From a candidate division WWE3 bacterium (lineage in GTDB: Bacteria > Patescibacteriota > WWE3 > UBA101185 > UBA10185): a stretch of DNA of 41,206 nt. Where the stretch lies: positions 1-41,206 of the forward strand of contig PXDX01000118.1 of the NCBI GenBank assembly GCA_003564915.1, written 5' to 3'. How positions within the stretch are numbered: position 1 is the first letter of the stretch; each line of letters begins with the position of its first letter. The notes under the pieces were generated by a model. That model was not told the origin of the DNA, did not search any database, and saw only the letters and a program-made list of their open reading frames with translations. The position numbers were made by a program, and so were the translations under genes. Positions 38,455 to 41,206 of this stretch are shown piece by piece.

Positions 38455-39573
38455 ATGTCAAAAGCAAGAAAAGTTAGAAATGACTCTCCCAAAATGGATA
38501 AGCTTGTGGAAGAGCACGGTATCCATATTAAACAATTCCGCCCCGGTGAACTGGTTGAAGGTGTGGTTGTCAGCGCATCCCATAATCAAGTTCTTTTGGA
38601 TATCAATGCCAAGTCCGAAGGAGTAGTTTCAGGAAGTGAAATGGGAGACGGAACTTTTGGTTATCGAGATTTGGAACCCGGGGATAAGGCTTTAGCTTCG
38701 GTTGTTCAGCCTGAAAATAGCCAAGGTTATGTAGTATTGTCATTCAAAAGATGCGAAGGGGAAAGGCAGTGGAGAATGGTTGAGGATGCTATGGAAAATG
38801 GCATCACACTTCAAGTTACGGTTCGTGAATATAATAAGGGAGGATTACTTGTAGATTGTTTGGGCCTAAGAGGATTCATACCTCTTTCTCATCTGGATAG
38901 AGTACACTTTGCAGAGGATATTGCAAAATTTGCTGCCGGAAGTGAGGCAGAGCTAAAAGAGTCCTTAAAGGTTTTATCCGGCAAGGAATTAAAAGTAAAA
39001 GTAATAGAAGTTGATAAGGTTAAAAACAGACTTGTATTATCCGAAAAAGAAGCATTAAAAGCTTACAGTGATGAGGCCAGGAAGAAAAAACTAGCCAAGA
39101 TAGATGAAGGAGATGTTCTGACAGGAATTGTCACAGGTTTGATGCCTTTCGGAATATTTGTTGATCTTGAAGGTGTAGAAGGACTTGTTCATATCAGTGA
39201 GATCGCTTGGGAAAAGGTTAATGATCCGGGAAATTATTACAAGGTGGGAGAGCCCATTGAAGTTAAGGTTTTGGGTGTTGATGAGGATTCTGAAAAGCTC
39301 GCCTTAAGTGTAAAAAGATTGATCCCCAATCCTTGGGAAGATGTTCAGGACAAATATCCTGTAGGAACAAGGATCAAAGGTACCGTCAGCAGAATAGTTC
39401 CTTTTGGGGCGTTCGTAACAGTTGAGCAGGGTCTTGAAGGTCTTGTACACATATCTGAGGCCGGAGGTCCTCTTGAAGAAGGGGAAGAGGTCGAGGCTAT
39501 TGTGACTCTGGTTGATAAGGATAATCAAAAATTAGCGTTAAGTACGCGTCTGTTGGATAAGATAGAAAGATAA
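38455..39573 (+). CDS. rpsA: 30S ribosomal protein S1 (four S1 domains)
   Basis: PGELVEGVVV, NKGGLLV...RGFIPLSHL, FGIFVDL.GVEGLVHISE, FGAFV....GLEGLVHISE. Confidence 0.93.
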   Translation: MSKARKVRNDSPKMDKLVEEHGIHIKQFRPGELVEGVVVSASHNQVLLDINAKSEGVVSGSEMGDGTFGYRDLEPGDKALASVVQPENSQGYVVLSFKRCEGERQWRMVEDAMENGITLQVTVREYNKGGLLVDCLGLRGFIPLSHLDRVHFAEDIAKFAAGSEAELKESLKVLSGKELKVKVIEVDKVKNRLVLSEKEALKAYSDEARKKKLAKIDEGDVLTGIVTGLMPFGIFVDLEGVEGLVHISEIAWEKVNDPGNYYKVGEPIEVKVLGVDEDSEKLALSVKRLIPNPWEDVQDKYPVGTRIKGTVSRIVPFGAFVTVEQGLEGLVHISEAGGPLEEGEEVEAIVTLVDKDNQKLALSTRLLDKIER

Positions 39574-39602
39574 TCCACATGCTGGTTTGCATCTAGGAAA
39601 TA

Positions 39603-41206
39603 ATGAAGAACACCTTAGATCGATTAACTACAAAACTTCGTTCAGTTCTGAGGAATTTTTCTGAAGATTTGGGTAAGAGTCCTCCTCGGAATATTCTTTT
39701 AGCCCTGAAGGATGAGGGAGGGATGGCGCAAAACTTGATAGACAGTTTGGGAATAAAATCCTCGGATATGCCTGATGATACAAGCATAGAGGATTTATTA
39801 AAGAGATCCTACTTCGAAGCCCTTCGTCTAAAACAACCCTATGTGGGTACAGAACATTTCTTACTGGCACTTCTGCAAGCATCAGAATCTCCTCTTTATC
39901 CGGAAGCGAAAAGAAGATTGTCTAAAATGACTGTCTTTCCCAGGATCATGGCGGATGAACGGGAACCGCAGGAAAATGGATTTCTGGATATTTTTGCTGT
40001 TAACCTGAACCTCAAAGTTGCTGCAGAAATTGATAAAGACTATGTTCATAGGGAGGGATTCGAGCTTCTTCTTTCAATCTTACTTCAGAATGAAAAACCG
40101 AATCCTTTGATTGTGGGGGAAACAGGAGTTGGCAAGGAGTTTTTGGTCTATTTATTGGCGGACAGGATGAATTCCATGGACGTCCCCTCATCTTTATTGG
40201 GTTACCAGATCTACGAAATAGATATCCTTTCCTTTATTACGGGTAATGCGGGAAAAGGGAATTTGGAAAGCACTTTATCGGCCTTTTTTACGGAGATTTC
40301 AAGCTTGAACAGAGTGATAATCTATCTTAAGAATTTTGAAAACCTTTTCTTTTCCACCAATACCGGAGTCGCCATGCCTTTGGTCTATGGTTCTTTCAAA
40401 TCCCAATTGGAGGAGTCCGGAATTCGCTATATCGCGACTTGCTCGTCGGACATGCATTCGCGTCTGATTATGGATAACCCTCAGGCCCTAGGAGGTTTCA
40501 GCACCGTTGACTTATCTGAACCTGATGAGGTTACGACAAAGAAGATATTGGAAGCGAATGCTGATTTTTTGGGATCTCACCACAACGTGATATTTACCCC
40601 CAAGATCCTCGATTATATATATGATAAGGCAGATAAGAACATTACAGGTAAAAAATTTCCTCAAAAAGGTATAGATTTGATGGATCAATCAGGAGCCAAA
40701 GTTCTGTTGAGGAGTGCCGGGGTTCCGGAGGAGTATAAGGATCTCTTGGAAGAGTCTGTGCTGCTGACCCAAGGATTGGAAAAAAGTCTTGAAGTTAGGG
40801 AATATGATCAGGCGGTCAAGATCAGGGCAATGATAACATCCATTGAGGAGCGCATGCTGGTAAATGAGAAAAAGATGTTCGACTCCGATGGATATAGAGT
40901 TATTAAAAAAGATGTTGATGCTGCCCTAAAAGATTACGGTTTGAGCGATGATCCCGATTATGAGCAGAATCTTTCCTCACTGAATACTTTGGAGAAAAGA
41001 ATCAATAAAAGAATCATTGGGCAGGAAAATGCCGTTTCCTTGGTGAGCCGCGGTCTTTTACGTGCGCGTCTAGGGCTAAGGTCAAGAAAACGTCCGTTGG
41101 GTAACTTTTTATTTCTTGGACCTACGGGAGTTGGGAAGACAGAACTAGCCAAAGTATTATCAGATGAATTTTTCGGAGAGAATAAACTTATTAGATTGGA
41201 TATGTC
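39603..41206 (+). CDS. clpC: ClpC-type Hsp100 chaperone, 3' truncated by the window end, degenerate first AAA+ module
   Basis: Translated manually from ATG 39603 (absent from the ORF track because there is no stop in the window): Clp-N YVGTEHFLLALL, NPLIVGETGVGKE, UVR-like EYDQAVKIR, RIIGQENAV, RPLGNFLFLGPTGVGKTELAK, LIRLDM. Confidence 0.9.
   Translation, partial: MKNTLDRLTTKLRSVLRNFSEDLGKSPPRNILLALKDEGGMAQNLIDSLGIKSSDMPDDTSIEDLLKRSYFEALRLKQPYVGTEHFLLALLQASESPLYPEAKRRLSKMTVFPRIMADEREPQENGFLDIFAVNLNLKVAAEIDKDYVHREGFELLLSILLQNEKPNPLIVGETGVGKEFLVYLLADRMNSMDVPSSLLGYQIYEIDILSFITGNAGKGNLESTLSAFFTEISSLNRVIIYLKNFENLFFSTNTGVAMPLVYGSFKSQLEESGIRYIATCSSDMHSRLIMDNPQALGGFSTVDLSEPDEVTTKKILEANADFLGSHHNVIFTPKILDYIYDKADKNITGKKFPQKGIDLMDQSGAKVLLRSAGVPEEYKDLLEESVLLTQGLEKSLEVREYDQAVKIRAMITSIEERMLVNEKKMFDSDGYRVIKKDVDAALKDYGLSDDPDYEQNLSSLNTLEKRINKRIIGQENAVSLVSRGLLRARLGLRSRKRPLGNFLFLGPTGVGKTELAKVLSDEFFGENKLIRLDM

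Noticed and set aside
39593..41152. Minus-strand ORFs 39593-39787, 39628-39882 and 40958-41152
   Set aside because: Antisense to the open clpC frame, which the ORF track missed because its stop lies outside the window.

Overview
Core-genome segment of a small-genome bacterium. Gene content and the divergent rRNAs suggest a CPR/Patescibacteria member, possibly WWE3/Microgenomates-like; this is inference, not a database result. The window holds seven tRNAs, smpB-tmRNA, metG, pcrA, rsmA, nth, a long minus-strand run (GT4, mutM, recF, fic-like, lgt, rpiB, rpe, LOG, split transketolase, pfkB, 2-hydroxyacid dehydrogenase, dsbA-like), mnmA, a large M23 peptidase, a CPA2 antiporter, rpsA and a partial clpC. 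The rRNA operon is split: 16S and tRNA-Ala-23S-5S each have their own promoter, boxA and processing stem, and an antisense rel gene with an inverted tRNA-Ile lies between them. The most notable signals are: (1) a branched-chain polyamine synthase (BpsA) fused to a C-terminal AdoMetDC (SpeD)-like domain; (2) the rel-interrupted rRNA operon, with a hydrolase-dead, ACT-less Rel; (3) several apparent pseudoenzymes (Cys-free DsbA-cupredoxin fusion, Fic, Xer, ClpC D1); (4) pervasive leaderless-type gene starts together with an unconventional initiator tRNA and altered 16S positions; (5) an unannotated promoter-driven small RNA or small ORF opposite rsmA. No CRISPR array, IS element or prophage was seen.
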